Notes under the pieces: generated by a model
What the model saw: the letters and a program-made list of their open reading frames with translations, nothing else
What the model was told of the DNA's origin: nothing
Database searches by the model: none
Made by a program: the position numbers and the translations under genes
Shown here: one piece after another, positions 32,635 to 43,027 of the stretch
How the letters are laid out: each line of letters begins with the position of its first letter
Position numbering within the stretch: the first letter of the stretch is position 1
From: Candidatus Velthaea sp.
GTDB lineage: Bacteria; Vulcanimicrobiota; Vulcanimicrobiia; Vulcanimicrobiales; Vulcanimicrobiaceae
Reading direction: 5' to 3'
DNA: 64,000 bases
Assembly: GCA_050012475.1 (NCBI GenBank)
Contig: JBEKHC010000003.1
Location: 41,454-105,453, forward strand

Positions 32635-34089
32635 CTACGGTGAGGCGGGCGCGGCGGTAAAGTAGAGCTGGAGCTTGACGCCGTTGCGGCCGCTTCCAGA
32701 AGTTGTGAACGGGCTCGACGACGACCAAGGGCCTCCCGAGACGTCTCCCGTGCAGGACGCGTTACTCGTCCTGCAGGTGAACCGCAAACCATTCTGGCTG
32801 CCTCTGATCGGAACCAGGTCGTTATTGGTGGTGATCCACTCGTCCCACAGCTCATAGTCGAAATCGATGGAACCCTGGCTCGACGGCACGAAGATTAGCT
32901 GCAACCACGGCACCTTCGTCCGCGGCCGGTGATACTGCGAAGCGTCGCGGTAGTGATAGCCGCCATTCCCGGTGTTGCGTGCCGCCAGCTGGCCGTAGTA
33001 TGAATCGGTTCCCGTGATTGCCGAGTTCGCATAGACGCTCAGCGTCCGCATCGCGAAGATCGTTCCGCTGGTCGGGTACGCTTTCAACAAGGGCGGCTGG
33101 CTGGCCGGCCCGGAATAGAGATTCTTACTCAAAGTTTCGTACGTCTTGAGGTTCTTGAACGCCTTAACAAAGACGGAGTCGTGCGAGCCCGTCCAGCTCG
33201 CTGTGAATTTAGCGAACGCAGCGGCGTAGCCGCTGCGTTCGCCGTTCCAATGGCCATCCAGATCGCTCTCATTCAGGGGATTCTGAATCCATTCCGATAC
33301 ATAGACGGACGCTTTTTGATCCTGCACCAGGTCGCTCGCATCCGAGGGCGTTGGGTTGTACGTCTTGACCCTCGTCGCGAAGCTGCTGCCGACCCAGTCG
33401 AGTACGTTATTCGTCCATTCATACGACGCTGCATAGGCATAAACGTAGGCCCGGTCGTAGTTGGGCCGCACGACGGAGTCATGGTTCAGCCCCCAGGTAT
33501 AGCCGCCATGTGGGACATGGTTCGCCTGCGGAACGTTGAGGCAGTTGGCGTACCAACCCGTGTACAAACCCGAGGCCGGATTCGAGCTCTGAAACCACGT
33601 CGTGGTGTCGTACCGTCCACTCCTCTGCGCGTGTTGTTCCACCCAATTAGAGTGGGCGTAAAAGTCTTGCACGACGTGTAACGACATGCCCAGGACGACG
33701 TAGAATTCCAACACGTCGTTGTCCGCTTCAGCTTTCTTCGCGGCCGCTTTGGTGTTTGCCGCCAAGGTCGCCCAGTAGTTCGCAACGTCGGCGCTCGAAA
33801 AGACGTCATCGAAGTGCAGCTTCTCGAGATCGCATTTCGCCGCGCCGCCGATCGTTGGCGACGACGTGTAATAGTCAGTGAGCCAATTCTCTACCTGGAC
33901 GACGTCCGCCGCATTTCGGTTGAAGCCGGCCCGCGTCAGCGCGTCGATCGTGATGCCGGCATGCGGGCCGGTGTCGAACGCGATGGCGGAACCAGCCGGC
34001 AAAACCAGCGCCGCCGCTGCACAAAGTGCCGCGAGTATGGCTCGCAGAAGAACGCGACCCGCTCGCGTAACCAATCGTTGATTTGGCAC
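32635..34089 (-). CDS. Secreted protein with HET-C/VWA7-like (Zn-dependent phospholipase C/P1 nuclease fold) N-terminal domain
   Basis: AAGGAG plus GTG 34089, signal peptide ending AIA-FDTGPH; LHFDD; LHVVQDFYAHSNWVE; LNHD. Confidence 0.75.
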   Translation of the reverse strand: MPNQRLVTRAGRVLLRAILAALCAAAALVLPAGSAIAFDTGPHAGITIDALTRAGFNRNAADVVQVENWLTDYYTSSPTIGGAAKCDLEKLHFDDVFSSADVANYWATLAANTKAAAKKAEADNDVLEFYVVLGMSLHVVQDFYAHSNWVEQHAQRSGRYDTTTWFQSSNPASGLYTGWYANCLNVPQANHVPHGGYTWGLNHDSVVRPNYDRAYVYAYAASYEWTNNVLDWVGSSFATRVKTYNPTPSDASDLVQDQKASVYVSEWIQNPLNESDLDGHWNGERSGYAAAFAKFTASWTGSHDSVFVKAFKNLKTYETLSKNLYSGPASQPPLLKAYPTSGTIFAMRTLSVYANSAITGTDSYYGQLAARNTGNGGYHYRDASQYHRPRTKVPWLQLIFVPSSQGSIDFDYELWDEWITTNNDLVPIRGSQNGLRFTCRTSNASCTGDVSGGPWSSSSPFTTSGSGRNGVKLQLYFTAAPASP

Positions 34090-34537
34090 GTCAGCTCCTT
34101 TGTGATTCGTAGCTTTTTGGGCAGCAGCCCGCCGAGATTGCAAGAAGCTCCCCGACGGGTAGGCGTCATTGGAAACCAAATGCCGCGACTTCCAAGGTCA
34201 CCTCGAAGCTCCGTCGGCGACTGCTCCTTTGCCACTCCCGGCAATCTCCAGCAGATCGCTTCGCGCGTCATATCCGCGCCTCCGTCATGACAGCCAGCTG
34301 AGTCGGCGTTGCGGCCTCCGCTAGTCCAGCTTGCACGGCTTCATCGCAACAGGCTACATTTCACGCCAAGAACCAGAAGATGGCGGCCCATACGGCATCG
34401 TCACAGAGCGCAATGAATAGAAAAGCTAAGACGTATTGCGCAGAAGAGAGTCCGAGACGCGCATGAACCTTCATCGAGCGCACCATCGGGCGGCGCCAGA
34501 TTCTCAAACAATTGCATAGCTACGAAGGAGATCCCTC

Positions 34538-34878
34538 ATGGCGCTTCACCAGATTGGCAAGATGAGCCTGAAGTGTTCGATGTTCTATGTGACTGCGCGC
34601 GTCCAGTTCGCCTACCTCGACGCCAAAGGCGACAAGCAGGTCTCCGCGCAGTCCGATGAGGTACGGTTGGGAGAGGTGAAGGCGGTCGATCCTGGTGATC
34701 TGAACGTCCCGATGGCTCGACGGTGTTCATGCATGTGTTTGTGCTGCCGGGCACCGACAACGAGGCGAGTCGTGGGTTCATCTACCAGAAGGGTAGCCCG
34801 CAGGTCGCGAACTACGAAATCAAAGGCGAGACCATCGAAAACGATCTCGTTCTCATCGGCATCTCCATCGAAAAATGA
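34538..34878 (+). pseudogene. Small conserved-looking beta protein with one -1 frameshift at CCC 34708-34710
   Basis: AAGGAG RBS; MALHQIGKMSLK...VDPGDLNVP continues in another frame as DGSTVFMHVFV...ANYEIKGETIENDLVLIGISIEK* if one C is added. Confidence 0.65.
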
Positions 34879-35018
34879 GTACTGGAACGTGGCAGGGATG
34901 CGGCAGCCAGTTCTTGTTCCGGCCTCGCAAAATCAGTCCATAGCTGCACGAGAAATCGCGAAAATAGGCTACAGATAGGCGACAACGGGCCTGCCGAGGC
35001 CTGCCTATCTGAGACAGT

Positions 35019-35052
35019 AAAAAGAAAAAGCCCGTAAATACGGGCTTCTTTG
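35019..35052 (-). terminator. Rho-independent terminator of tRNA-Gly
   Basis: Minus strand AAGCCCGT-ATTT-ACGGGCTT followed by a T-rich tract. Confidence 0.8.
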
Positions 35053-35053
35053 A

Positions 35054-35127
35054 TGGAGCGGGCGGCGGGAATCGAACCCGCAACTCTTGCTTGGAAGGCA
35101 AGGGCATTACCATTATGCAACGCCCGC
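35054..35127 (-). tRNA. tRNA-Gly (anticodon TCC)
   Basis: GCGGGCGTTGCATAATGGTAATGCCCTTGCCTTCCAAGCAAGAGTTGCGGGTTCGATTCCCGCCGCCCGCTCCA cloverleaf with CCA. Confidence 0.96.
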
Positions 35128-35327
35128 GCTCGATCGACCCACGGCTGACGACCTCGGTTTGCTTCGTAGCCGCACCGTCACCTCCCGCCCGGACGTCAAG
35201 CCCGCCAGGGACGGGCCGCGCCACCTCCCGATAGGAGCGCGGCCCCGGGAGGCGCACCCGGGAAACCCTGCGGCGCCGCCCACGCAAAAACCGCCCATTC
35301 CGAAAAGAGGAAGGACGGCTGCGCATT

Positions 35328-35415
35328 TGGTGGGCAGGGATGGATTCGAACCATCGTACCGCTCTCGCGGGCCAGGTTTACAGCCTGGTGCCTTTAACCA
35401 CTCGACCACCTACCC
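35328..35415 (-). tRNA. tRNA-Tyr (anticodon GTA)
   Basis: GGGTAGGTGGTCGAGTGGTTAAAGGCACCAGGCTGTAAACCTGG...GGTTCGAATCCATCCCTGCCCACCA with long variable arm. Confidence 0.96.
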
Positions 35416-35509
35416 AAGATGTCGACTCGCGTAGATACGTTGGCAATCAAAGCCGCTCCTCGTTCAGCCGCGAACCCCACGCGACGCCGCGCACGTTCGG
35501 CCGGTGCGA

Positions 35510-36820
35510 TCAGAACAGCTCGATGAGCGGCGCGCCGTCGGCGCTCGATGCCGCGACGCCGACCGTGAGCGCGGTATGATTGGAGCGCTGTTGCTCCATC
35601 ACGTACCGGCCGTACATCTTGTCGAGCACGGGTTGAATCTGCGGAATGGGCAGGGCGCCGTCGGGTTCGAGCAGATAGCGCTGCAAGGCCTCATTGTGCG
35701 CGTCCAGCGCGCGCAGGGTCTCGACCACGTGATCGATGTGCTGGCGCGTGACATCCTGAAACTGCAGGTTCGCTAACAGACCGATGACCAGTGTCTCAAC
35801 GTCCTCGCCGCGCTGCTGCACGTCTTTGATCGCTTCGTCCTGCGTTTCCATCAACCGGCTGAGCTGATCGGTCAGGTGGTTGAGTTCTTCCGACAGCGCG
35901 GCTTCTAACTGGCGCTGGTTCTCGCGCGAACGCTCGAGCAGCCCGTTGAACCGGTGTTGGATGGCCACCAGCGTGGCCTTTGTGCCGGCCGCGATTCGTT
36001 TCGCGAGTTCTGACGAGCGATTGGAAAGATTGCGCACCTCGCGCGCTACCACGCCGAACGCGCGGCCGGCCTCGCCTGCGCGCGCAGCTTCGATCGAGGC
36101 GTTGAGCGCCAAGATGTTCGTCTGCTCGGCGACATCCTTGATCTCGTCGATGAACCGGAAGAGCTGCTCGCTCTCCGCGAGCCCGCTCTGTACGTCTTCG
36201 GCCTGATGCGCGAAGTCGCGCGCAGCTTCGCTGCCGATCTGTAAAAGCTTGGAGAACGCTTCGTCTTTCGACAGCGAAACCAGCGTTCCGGAAACCGTCA
36301 CCGACGTGCGGATCGCCTCGAGAATCGCTTCGACCCCGCCGTCAATGCTCTTGAGCCGTTCGACCAGCGTAAAGGCAGCGTTGCTGGTCTCCTGGTTCAC
36401 GCCCAGCAGCTGCGCGCGCACGATTTCCGTGAGCGTCGCGGAAGCGCCCAACTCCGTGGCGACGGCGACGATGCGGCCGTCAGGAGCCGGCACGGGCTCG
36501 CAGAGTGCCGGCACGACCGGTTCCGCAAACACGAACGGCGCGGCCACCGCCTCCACCGGCGGCGGCTCGATGTTCGCTTCGGCGATCGCTACCGGAGCCG
36601 CAAGCTCTTTAGGCGGCGCTTGCACCGCGTCCGCGACGTGGGACTGGCTGCCCGAGGGCGACGGCGTGCGGTGGTACACGATCGCCGCCGCAACGGTGAT
36701 GGCCGCACCGAAGAACAGACTCAGCCATTGCCCGCCGAGCGTCGCCGCGGCCGTCATGATCAGGGCGACACCCCCGATGAGGATGCCGCTGCACTCCGGA
36801 TCGTGGAAAAACCGCTTCAC
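35510..36820 (-). CDS. Methyl-accepting chemotaxis protein
   Basis: Two N-terminal TM helices; [44 protein letters not shown]. Confidence 0.9.
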   Translation of the reverse strand: MKRFFHDPECSGILIGGVALIMTAAATLGGQWLSLFFGAAITVAAAIVYHRTPSPSGSQSHVADAVQAPPKELAAPVAIAEANIEPPPVEAVAAPFVFAEPVVPALCEPVPAPDGRIVAVATELGASATLTEIVRAQLLGVNQETSNAAFTLVERLKSIDGGVEAILEAIRTSVTVSGTLVSLSKDEAFSKLLQIGSEAARDFAHQAEDVQSGLAESEQLFRFIDEIKDVAEQTNILALNASIEAARAGEAGRAFGVVAREVRNLSNRSSELAKRIAAGTKATLVAIQHRFNGLLERSRENQRQLEAALSEELNHLTDQLSRLMETQDEAIKDVQQRGEDVETLVIGLLANLQFQDVTRQHIDHVVETLRALDAHNEALQRYLLEPDGALPIPQIQPVLDKMYGRYVMEQQRSNHTALTVGVAASSADGAPLIELF

Positions 36821-37194
36821 CCCGCACCGCCGGGCAACAGCTGGCCCAGCACCGAGAGCAGTGCCGCGCCGTCAACGGGTTTGACCAGCCAGCCGCTGGC
36901 CCCGGCAGCTTTGGCTTCGGCTCGTCGTGCAGCTTGCGATTCGGTCGTGAGCATGAGCATCGGGACGAAGCGCAGCGCGGGGATCTTGCGCGCTTCGCGG
37001 ATCAGGTCGATGCCGTTCATGGCGCCCATGTTCAGGTCGGTGATGATCAGGCTCGGCTTCGCGCCCGCTTTGAGCAGATCCAATGCGCTCTCGGCGCTCT
37101 TGGCGGTCTGCGTGCCGAATTGGGCTTTTTTCAGCAGCGCTTCCATGCTCATGAGCATGGTGGCCGAGTCGTCGACGAGCATGATCGTTTTCAT
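36817..37194 (-). CDS. cheY: Chemotaxis response regulator CheY
   Basis: LVDDS, ITDLNM, MLTTES, GWLVKP. Confidence 0.9.
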   Translation of the reverse strand: MKTIMLVDDSATMLMSMEALLKKAQFGTQTAKSAESALDLLKAGAKPSLIITDLNMGAMNGIDLIREARKIPALRFVPMLMLTTESQAARRAEAKAAGASGWLVKPVDGAALLSVLGQLLPGGAG

Positions 37195-37207
37195 TACCGA
37201 GTTGTCC

Positions 37208-37459
37208 TCACGCCGAGCCGGTCTCCGCTGCGAGCATGGGCACGATCCAGCGCTCGAGGAACGGTTCGGTCGGACCTTGCGAAATGGCGGGTTTATAGGC
37301 CAGTACCGTCTGCAGCAACGCTGCATGGAGGTACGAACACCTACTCAGATTTATTTTCGGCCGTTGTGGGCGCGAGAGTAAGTCGACCAGCTCCAAAGCT
37401 TCCTCGGCGCCGCAGGCGTCGATCAACCAAATCTCGTCCTGCTCGAACTGTAAAGGCAT
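37208..37459 (-). CDS. Small STAS-like chemotaxis-associated protein
   Basis: 83 aa between cheA and cheY; INLSRCSYLHAALLQTVL. Confidence 0.7.
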   Translation of the reverse strand: MPLQFEQDEIWLIDACGAEEALELVDLLSRPQRPKINLSRCSYLHAALLQTVLAYKPAISQGPTEPFLERWIVPMLAAETGSA

Positions 37460-37461
37460 GC

Positions 37462-39972
37462 TTACACCAGGTCCTTGACGTCGAGAATCATCAGCACGCG
37501 GCCGTCGCCGAGCAACGCCGTTCCGGCGAACCCCTTGAGCCCGGCCAGAATGCCTTCGAGCGGCTTGAGAATGATGTCCATGTGCTCGTCGAAGCGGTCC
37601 ACGACCATCCCGACGAGTCCGCCGCGCATGCGCAGCACCAGCACGGCTTCGCGTTCTTGCGGCACCGTCGGTAAGCGCAGCAGCCGCCGCAAGCGCACCA
37701 GCGGAACGATGGTGTCGCGCAGCATGAACGCCTCCGCTTGCTTGACGCAGTGAATGTCCGCAGCGTCGACGCGAACGGTCTCGGCGATCAGATCGATGGG
37801 AACGCCGTAGAGCGTCCCCGCGGTTTCGATCGTCATCACGCGCATCACGGCCATGCTCAGCGGCAGCGCCAGCCGCACCGTGGTTCCGGCATCGACTTGG
37901 GACGTCACCGCGACCGTTCCGCCGGCGTCGCGAATCGAGGTCTGCACCACGTCCATTCCGACCCCGCGGCCGGACAAATCCGAAACGGCGTCGGTCGTCG
38001 ACAGGCCGGGATGAAAGATCAAGTTTGCGGCTTCCGCAGCCGACATGCGCTCAGCGGTGTCGGCATCGATGAGCCCGCGTTCGAGCGCCTTCGCGACGAC
38101 GCGCTTGGTGTCGACGCCGCGTCCGTCGTCCGAAACCTCGATGACGACCAGATCACCTTCCTGCATTGCTTTGAGCCGGATGGTGCCGTGGGCGGACTTG
38201 CCTTTAGCGATCCGCGCGTCGGGCGGCTCGATGCCGTGGTCGGCGGCATTGCGGATGACATGGATGAGCGGATCGCCGAGCAGTTCGATGATGTTCTTGT
38301 CGGCTTGCGTGTCCTCGCCCTCGAGCACCAGTTCGATCTGCTTGTCCAGCTTGCGCGACAGATCGCGGATGAGCCGCGGGAAACGCGCGAACACTTCGGA
38401 CACGGGCAGCAGGCGCACTTCCATGATCGCTTCCTGCATCTCGTTGGCCAGCCGATCGATCACGCTGTAACGCTGGCCGATCTCGCGGCTCATCTCGCGC
38501 GAGCCGTGCACGTGTTCGGCGCGCCGGGCCAAAAAGGGGAGTGCGTTCTTCGCCACCACCAGCTCGCCGATGAGCGCCATGAGCCGGTCAACCTTGGCCT
38601 GATCGACTTTGAGCACGCGCCGGCCGTCGCGCCCATCGGGTTCACCTTTGCCGGAGGCCGGGGCGGTTGCGCCCGGTTCGGGCGGCGGGTCCTTGCGGCC
38701 GCCCGGGAAGTGCACGTCCGCGGCGTTGAAGAGCGCCCGCGCATCGCCCGCCTGCAGCGCGTCGGCGGTGGCCACGGCGAGCCGCTCCGCGGCGTCCGCG
38801 CGACCCTGCGCGGCGGCGACGTTCGCGAACGTGCGGCCGACCGAAGCGATCCGCCCCGCCAACGTCACCGCGTCGGACGCAGGCAAGGCGAGGATGCGGC
38901 GCTGTTCTTGAACCACCCGCGCCACCAAATCAGCGAGTGCGCGCCGGTCCCGATCCGTGCCGCCGACGGCCCGTCCCAAGCGGGCCAGCCAATCCGCGCG
39001 TTCCGCGGCGACGTCGATGACGGCGACGAGCCAGCGCAGCGCAGACGCCGCGCGCCGGCCCGCGTCCAGCGAATCCAGCAGCGTCAGGGCCTGCGCGCGC
39101 AGTTCGGCCAACCGGCCGTCAGCGATCAAGCCCGCGCAGCGTTCGGAAAACTGGAGCGCGGCGGGATCCTCGACCTCGAGGCCCGCGGGGACGACGAGCA
39201 CCTCCGGGTCGAGCTCCGTAAACCGAACTTGATCCATCACGTAGCGAAACAGGTGCTCGAGTTCGGCTCGCGGCGCCGTGCTCAACATGCCGAAGCGCAG
39301 CCGGCACTGGTAGGGATCGAAATCGTCGAGCGCGGGTTCGGGCCCGCACGCGCGAATCTGCAGCGCGAGCAACTCGGGAACGCCGCGGCAGGTGAGCAGC
39401 GGATCTTCACCGCGGAAATAGCATTCCGTATCCGGTTGGAAATCGATGGCGATCACGCCGACGCGGTCCTTCAGCGCGGCGCGAAACGCCGTCATGCGGT
39501 CGGCTTCGGCTACGTTCGCGAGCCAATCGGCCGTGCCGGTCGCGACCGTGGCAGCCGGAAAGGCGGCCGGCTCAACCACGGCTCCGGCGCCGGCCTTGGC
39601 ATCTTCCAACCGTGCGACCAGACCGCGGGCGCGCGTCGTCGCGTCGTCGGGCAGCCGGCCGGTTTCGCGAACCGCATCGATCCAGCTGCGCAGCAGGTCG
39701 AGCACCTCGAGCTGCAAATCGACCAGCTCGCCGCTCACGGCGACCGTGCCCTCGCGAACGGCGTCGAGCACGTCCTCGCCGGCGTGAACGAGCTTGGTCA
39801 GCGCGGGGAAGTCGAAGAGTGCGGAGGTTCCTTTCAAGGTGTGGACCGAGCGAAATAAGTCGTTGACGGCGCGTTGATCCGCCGGATTGCGCTCGAGCGC
39901 CAAGAGCGCGATTCCGGCGGCTTCGAGCAGATCGCCGGCTTCTTCCACGAATTGATCGAGCAGCGCACTCAT
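37462..39972 (-). CDS. cheA: Chemotaxis histidine kinase CheA
   Basis: Hpt FRSVHTLKG, LIHVIRNAADHGIE, DDGRG, SGRGVGMDVV, C-terminal CheW domain. Confidence 0.95.
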   Translation of the reverse strand: MSALLDQFVEEAGDLLEAAGIALLALERNPADQRAVNDLFRSVHTLKGTSALFDFPALTKLVHAGEDVLDAVREGTVAVSGELVDLQLEVLDLLRSWIDAVRETGRLPDDATTRARGLVARLEDAKAGAGAVVEPAAFPAATVATGTADWLANVAEADRMTAFRAALKDRVGVIAIDFQPDTECYFRGEDPLLTCRGVPELLALQIRACGPEPALDDFDPYQCRLRFGMLSTAPRAELEHLFRYVMDQVRFTELDPEVLVVPAGLEVEDPAALQFSERCAGLIADGRLAELRAQALTLLDSLDAGRRAASALRWLVAVIDVAAERADWLARLGRAVGGTDRDRRALADLVARVVQEQRRILALPASDAVTLAGRIASVGRTFANVAAAQGRADAAERLAVATADALQAGDARALFNAADVHFPGGRKDPPPEPGATAPASGKGEPDGRDGRRVLKVDQAKVDRLMALIGELVVAKNALPFLARRAEHVHGSREMSREIGQRYSVIDRLANEMQEAIMEVRLLPVSEVFARFPRLIRDLSRKLDKQIELVLEGEDTQADKNIIELLGDPLIHVIRNAADHGIEPPDARIAKGKSAHGTIRLKAMQEGDLVVIEVSDDGRGVDTKRVVAKALERGLIDADTAERMSAAEAANLIFHPGLSTTDAVSDLSGRGVGMDVVQTSIRDAGGTVAVTSQVDAGTTVRLALPLSMAVMRVMTIETAGTLYGVPIDLIAETVRVDAADIHCVKQAEAFMLRDTIVPLVRLRRLLRLPTVPQEREAVLVLRMRGGLVGMVVDRFDEHMDIILKPLEGILAGLKGFAGTALLGDGRVLMILDVKDLV

Positions 39973-40376
39973 GCGGGGGCCACTCCCATCAGCAGCTGCG
40001 CCAGGGAGCGCAGCTGATCCGGGCGCACGGGCTTGACCAGATAGACGTTCGCGCCCGCTTCATAGCCGCGCTGCGCGTCACGCTCTTCGGCCTCAGTGCT
40101 GATCATGATCGCGGGGATGCTGCGCGTGCTCTCCGCGGCGCGCATCGCCCGGAGCATCGAGTAGCCGTCCATCTTGGGCATATTGATGTCGACGACGAGC
40201 AGATCGGGAAGTGCTTCCGCGGCACGCTCCAGGCCTTCCAAGCCGTTCGCCGCCTCGGTAACGTCGATGTTGGCGCTTTCGAGAATGCCGCGATAGTACA
40301 GACGCACGGTGCGCGCATCGTCGACGACGAGCACGCGGCGCTGCGCGCGATCGAGGTTGGGTGTTGATGACATCAT
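39969..40376 (-). CDS. cheY: Chemotaxis response regulator CheY-like
   Basis: VVDDA, VDINMPKMDG, MISTEA, YLVKP. Confidence 0.9.
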   Translation of the reverse strand: MMSSTPNLDRAQRRVLVVDDARTVRLYYRGILESANIDVTEAANGLEGLERAAEALPDLLVVDINMPKMDGYSMLRAMRAAESTRSIPAIMISTEAEERDAQRGYEAGANVYLVKPVRPDQLRSLAQLLMGVAPA

Positions 40377-40382
40377 TTCCGT

Positions 40383-41264
40383 TTAGTTGGCCTCTGGCGG
40401 TCGTTGGTACACGATGCAATCCCCTAAACGCCGGGGGGTGAACAGTGAAGACATGCGGCTCATGCTCTCCGAATGGCCGAGGTAGACGAATCCGCCGGGC
40501 GCCAAGCTCTCGTAGATCGATTCGACGGCTTCGCGGCGCGACAGATCGTCGAAATAGATGAGCAGGTTGCGGCAAAAGATGACATCGAGGTTGCGAAAGC
40601 GGGACATCTCGGCTTTGTTGCTGATGTTGAGTTGGAAAAGCTCGATCGATTCGCGCAATTCGGGGATGATCTGATAGAGATTGCCCGGCAGGCGCGTGAA
40701 ATAGCGTGCGCGGATATCGGCGGACGCATGCTGCAGCGAGCGTTCGCCGTAGATACCGGCTCGCGCGTCGGCGAGCACGCGCGTGTCGACGTCCGATCCC
40801 GAGATCTCGATCTCGAACTCGTCCGAACGCGGCCACGCATCCAGCATCGACATCGCGATGGAGTACGGTTCTTCACCCGTCGAACACGGCAGCGACCAGA
40901 TGCGAATCGCGTTGCCTGGCCGCTTGCGCGCCGCGATCTGCGGCAGGACGAATCGCACCAGCGAATCGAGCTGATAACTTTCGCGGAAGAAAGAGGTTTC
41001 GTTGACGGTGAGCAGATTGATGAGCTGCTGCAGCTCGGTGCCGGTTTTCTCCAAGCGCAGGAGCATGAAATATTGACGGAACGTTTCGCTGTCATTCGCT
41101 CGCGCGCGTTCGGCGATGCGCTTGTCGACAAAATAGCGCTTGGCCTCGCTAAACTGCACGCCGGTCTTCTGATAGAAGAAATCCCGGAAGCGCAGAAACT
41201 CCTCGGTCGTGATGACGAAGTCGAGCGCCGGCTCGGAAAAGTCGGTCACGTTTCCACTGACCAT
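40383..41264 (-). CDS. cheR: Chemotaxis methyltransferase CheR
   Basis: TVNETSFFRE, WSLPCSTGEEPYSIA, IFCRNLLIYFD, LGHSES. Confidence 0.93.
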   Translation of the reverse strand: MVSGNVTDFSEPALDFVITTEEFLRFRDFFYQKTGVQFSEAKRYFVDKRIAERARANDSETFRQYFMLLRLEKTGTELQQLINLLTVNETSFFRESYQLDSLVRFVLPQIAARKRPGNAIRIWSLPCSTGEEPYSIAMSMLDAWPRSDEFEIEISGSDVDTRVLADARAGIYGERSLQHASADIRARYFTRLPGNLYQIIPELRESIELFQLNISNKAEMSRFRNLDVIFCRNLLIYFDDLSRREAVESIYESLAPGGFVYLGHSESMSRMSSLFTPRRLGDCIVYQRPPEAN

Positions 41265-41278
41265 GCCGGGCGCACCTT

Positions 41279-41893
41279 TCAGCCGTTCATGATTCGCGCG
41301 ATTGCGTCGTTCACGGAGAATTCGAGAAACGGTTCGTTGGGAAAACGTTCGAGCAGCCGGCGCAGCGGCGCCACGGCGCTCGCATCGCCGCACTCGGCGA
41401 GGGCGTCCACGGCGCCGGCGCAGACATTGAGTTCGCGATCCTCGGCGATGATACGCAGCAGCCACTGCGCGCTTTGCGGATGCGCGAGCGCAGCGAGAAT
41501 CTCGACGCCGAAGATCCGCACGTCAACCGGACCCGAGAAGATCTCGTCAATGTGTTTGGCGACCGCATCGGGCATCGTTTTGAGGGCCTCGATCGCGCCG
41601 TTGCGCAGTCCGGGGTCCTCGCTCTCGAGCAACGGCAGGAGGCCAGCCGCCGCGTCGTTCGTTCCGATCCGGATGAGCGCGGTGAAGATCGCTTCCCGCA
41701 CGCTTTCCTGCGCTTCGGCCGCCACGGCGTTTCCCAGCGCGTTCGCCGCTTGTGGATGTTGGGCCAAACCGCGCGCCGCGCTGCGGCGACGGCCGGCGTC
41801 CGGATTCGTTAGGCCGGCGAGAAGTTCTGCGACGTCCGGCTCCGCAGACGCGGGCGCGGACGCTGCCGGGCTTTGCGGTTTTTTGAGCGGCAT
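41279..41893 (-). CDS. HEAT-repeat protein of the chemosensory cluster
   Basis: RRSAARGL...VREAIFTAL...LRNGAIEAL...NVCAGAVDALAE helical repeats. Confidence 0.85.
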   Translation of the reverse strand: MPLKKPQSPAASAPASAEPDVAELLAGLTNPDAGRRRSAARGLAQHPQAANALGNAVAAEAQESVREAIFTALIRIGTNDAAAGLLPLLESEDPGLRNGAIEALKTMPDAVAKHIDEIFSGPVDVRIFGVEILAALAHPQSAQWLLRIIAEDRELNVCAGAVDALAECGDASAVAPLRRLLERFPNEPFLEFSVNDAIARIMNG

Positions 41894-43017
41894 CAGCTGC
41901 CGGACCGGCTGACGGAACGACGATCGGTCTCGGCGGGCAGCCAGCGGTTGAGCTTCTGGGCGATCTGATACCCGGGCAGTACTTCGTCGGCGCCGCCGCG
42001 CGCAACGAGTTCGCCCGGCATGCCGAACACCACGGCCGTGGACTCGGCCTCGGCGATCGTGCGTCCGCCGTTGCGGTGCAGTTCGGCCATCTGCTCGGCG
42101 CCGTCGTCGCCCATACCGGTAAGCATTACCCCGACCAGACTTTCGGGAGCGACGCAGGCGAACGCCGATTCCAGCAAACGTGCGACACTGGGATGCCAGA
42201 GACGAGACGCGTCGCTGGGAACCGTCGCGGCGATGAGTTCGCCGCCCCGCTTGAGCACGACGAGGTCCGCATCGCCGCGTCCGATGTAGCAACGCCCGGC
42301 GCGCAACGGGCAGCGGTCGACCACTTCGTCGACCGCGAGCCGGCACAGCGCGTCCAGCCGGCGCGCGAACGTTCCGGTGAACGTGCGCGGCATGTGCTGC
42401 GCGACCAAGACCGGCCATGGAAAGTCCTCGGCTAAATCGGGCAGGATCTGTTCGAGAACGCGCGGTCCGCCGGTCGAGACGCCGACGAGCACGAGTCCAG
42501 CGACGTCGCTCGATACCCGCGGCGTCCGGCGCGCCGGCTTGGCAGCCGTCGCGACGCCCAAGCGCGCGTTTTCCGCGCGCAGCCGGTCGCCCAAGCCGCG
42601 GATACGCGTGACGCGCGCTCCCGCGGCTGCTCGCACCTTAGCAATGATCTGCGCCGAGGAATTCCGCAGCGTCAGCGACACGGTGCCGTCGGGTTTGGGG
42701 ATGTAGTCGATCGCACCCAGCGCGAGCGCTTCGTACGTGATCTCGGCGCCGCGTTCGGTGAGCGACGAGACCATCACTACCGGTTTGGGCCGCTCCGTCA
42801 TAATGCGGGCAAGACACGTCAAGCCGTCCATTTCGGGCATATTGACGTCGAGGGTAATAACGTCGGGATCGACCTTGTGCAACAGGTCGATGGCGTCGCA
42901 CCCGTCGCGCGCCACGGTTACCTCGAACTCTCCCGTTTCCGTCAAGAGCTCGCGCAGATGTTTGCGCATCAATGCGGAATCATCGACGACGAGCACCCGG
43001 ATCTTCGTACGCGCCAT
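41893..43017 (-). CDS. cheB: Chemotaxis methylesterase CheB
   Basis: REC domain (VVDDS, LDVNMP) plus catalytic GVSTGG, QHMP, LTGMGDDG. Confidence 0.95.
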   Translation of the reverse strand: MARTKIRVLVVDDSALMRKHLRELLTETGEFEVTVARDGCDAIDLLHKVDPDVITLDVNMPEMDGLTCLARIMTERPKPVVMVSSLTERGAEITYEALALGAIDYIPKPDGTVSLTLRNSSAQIIAKVRAAAGARVTRIRGLGDRLRAENARLGVATAAKPARRTPRVSSDVAGLVLVGVSTGGPRVLEQILPDLAEDFPWPVLVAQHMPRTFTGTFARRLDALCRLAVDEVVDRCPLRAGRCYIGRGDADLVVLKRGGELIAATVPSDASRLWHPSVARLLESAFACVAPESLVGVMLTGMGDDGAEQMAELHRNGGRTIAEAESTAVVFGMPGELVARGGADEVLPGYQIAQKLNRWLPAETDRRSVSRSGS

Positions 43018-43027
43018 GGTGTGCTGC

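Noticed and set aside
34352..34396. Additional TTTCACG as a possible regulon box
   Set aside because: Lacks the upstream CC and a TAnnnT at the 24-nt spacing.
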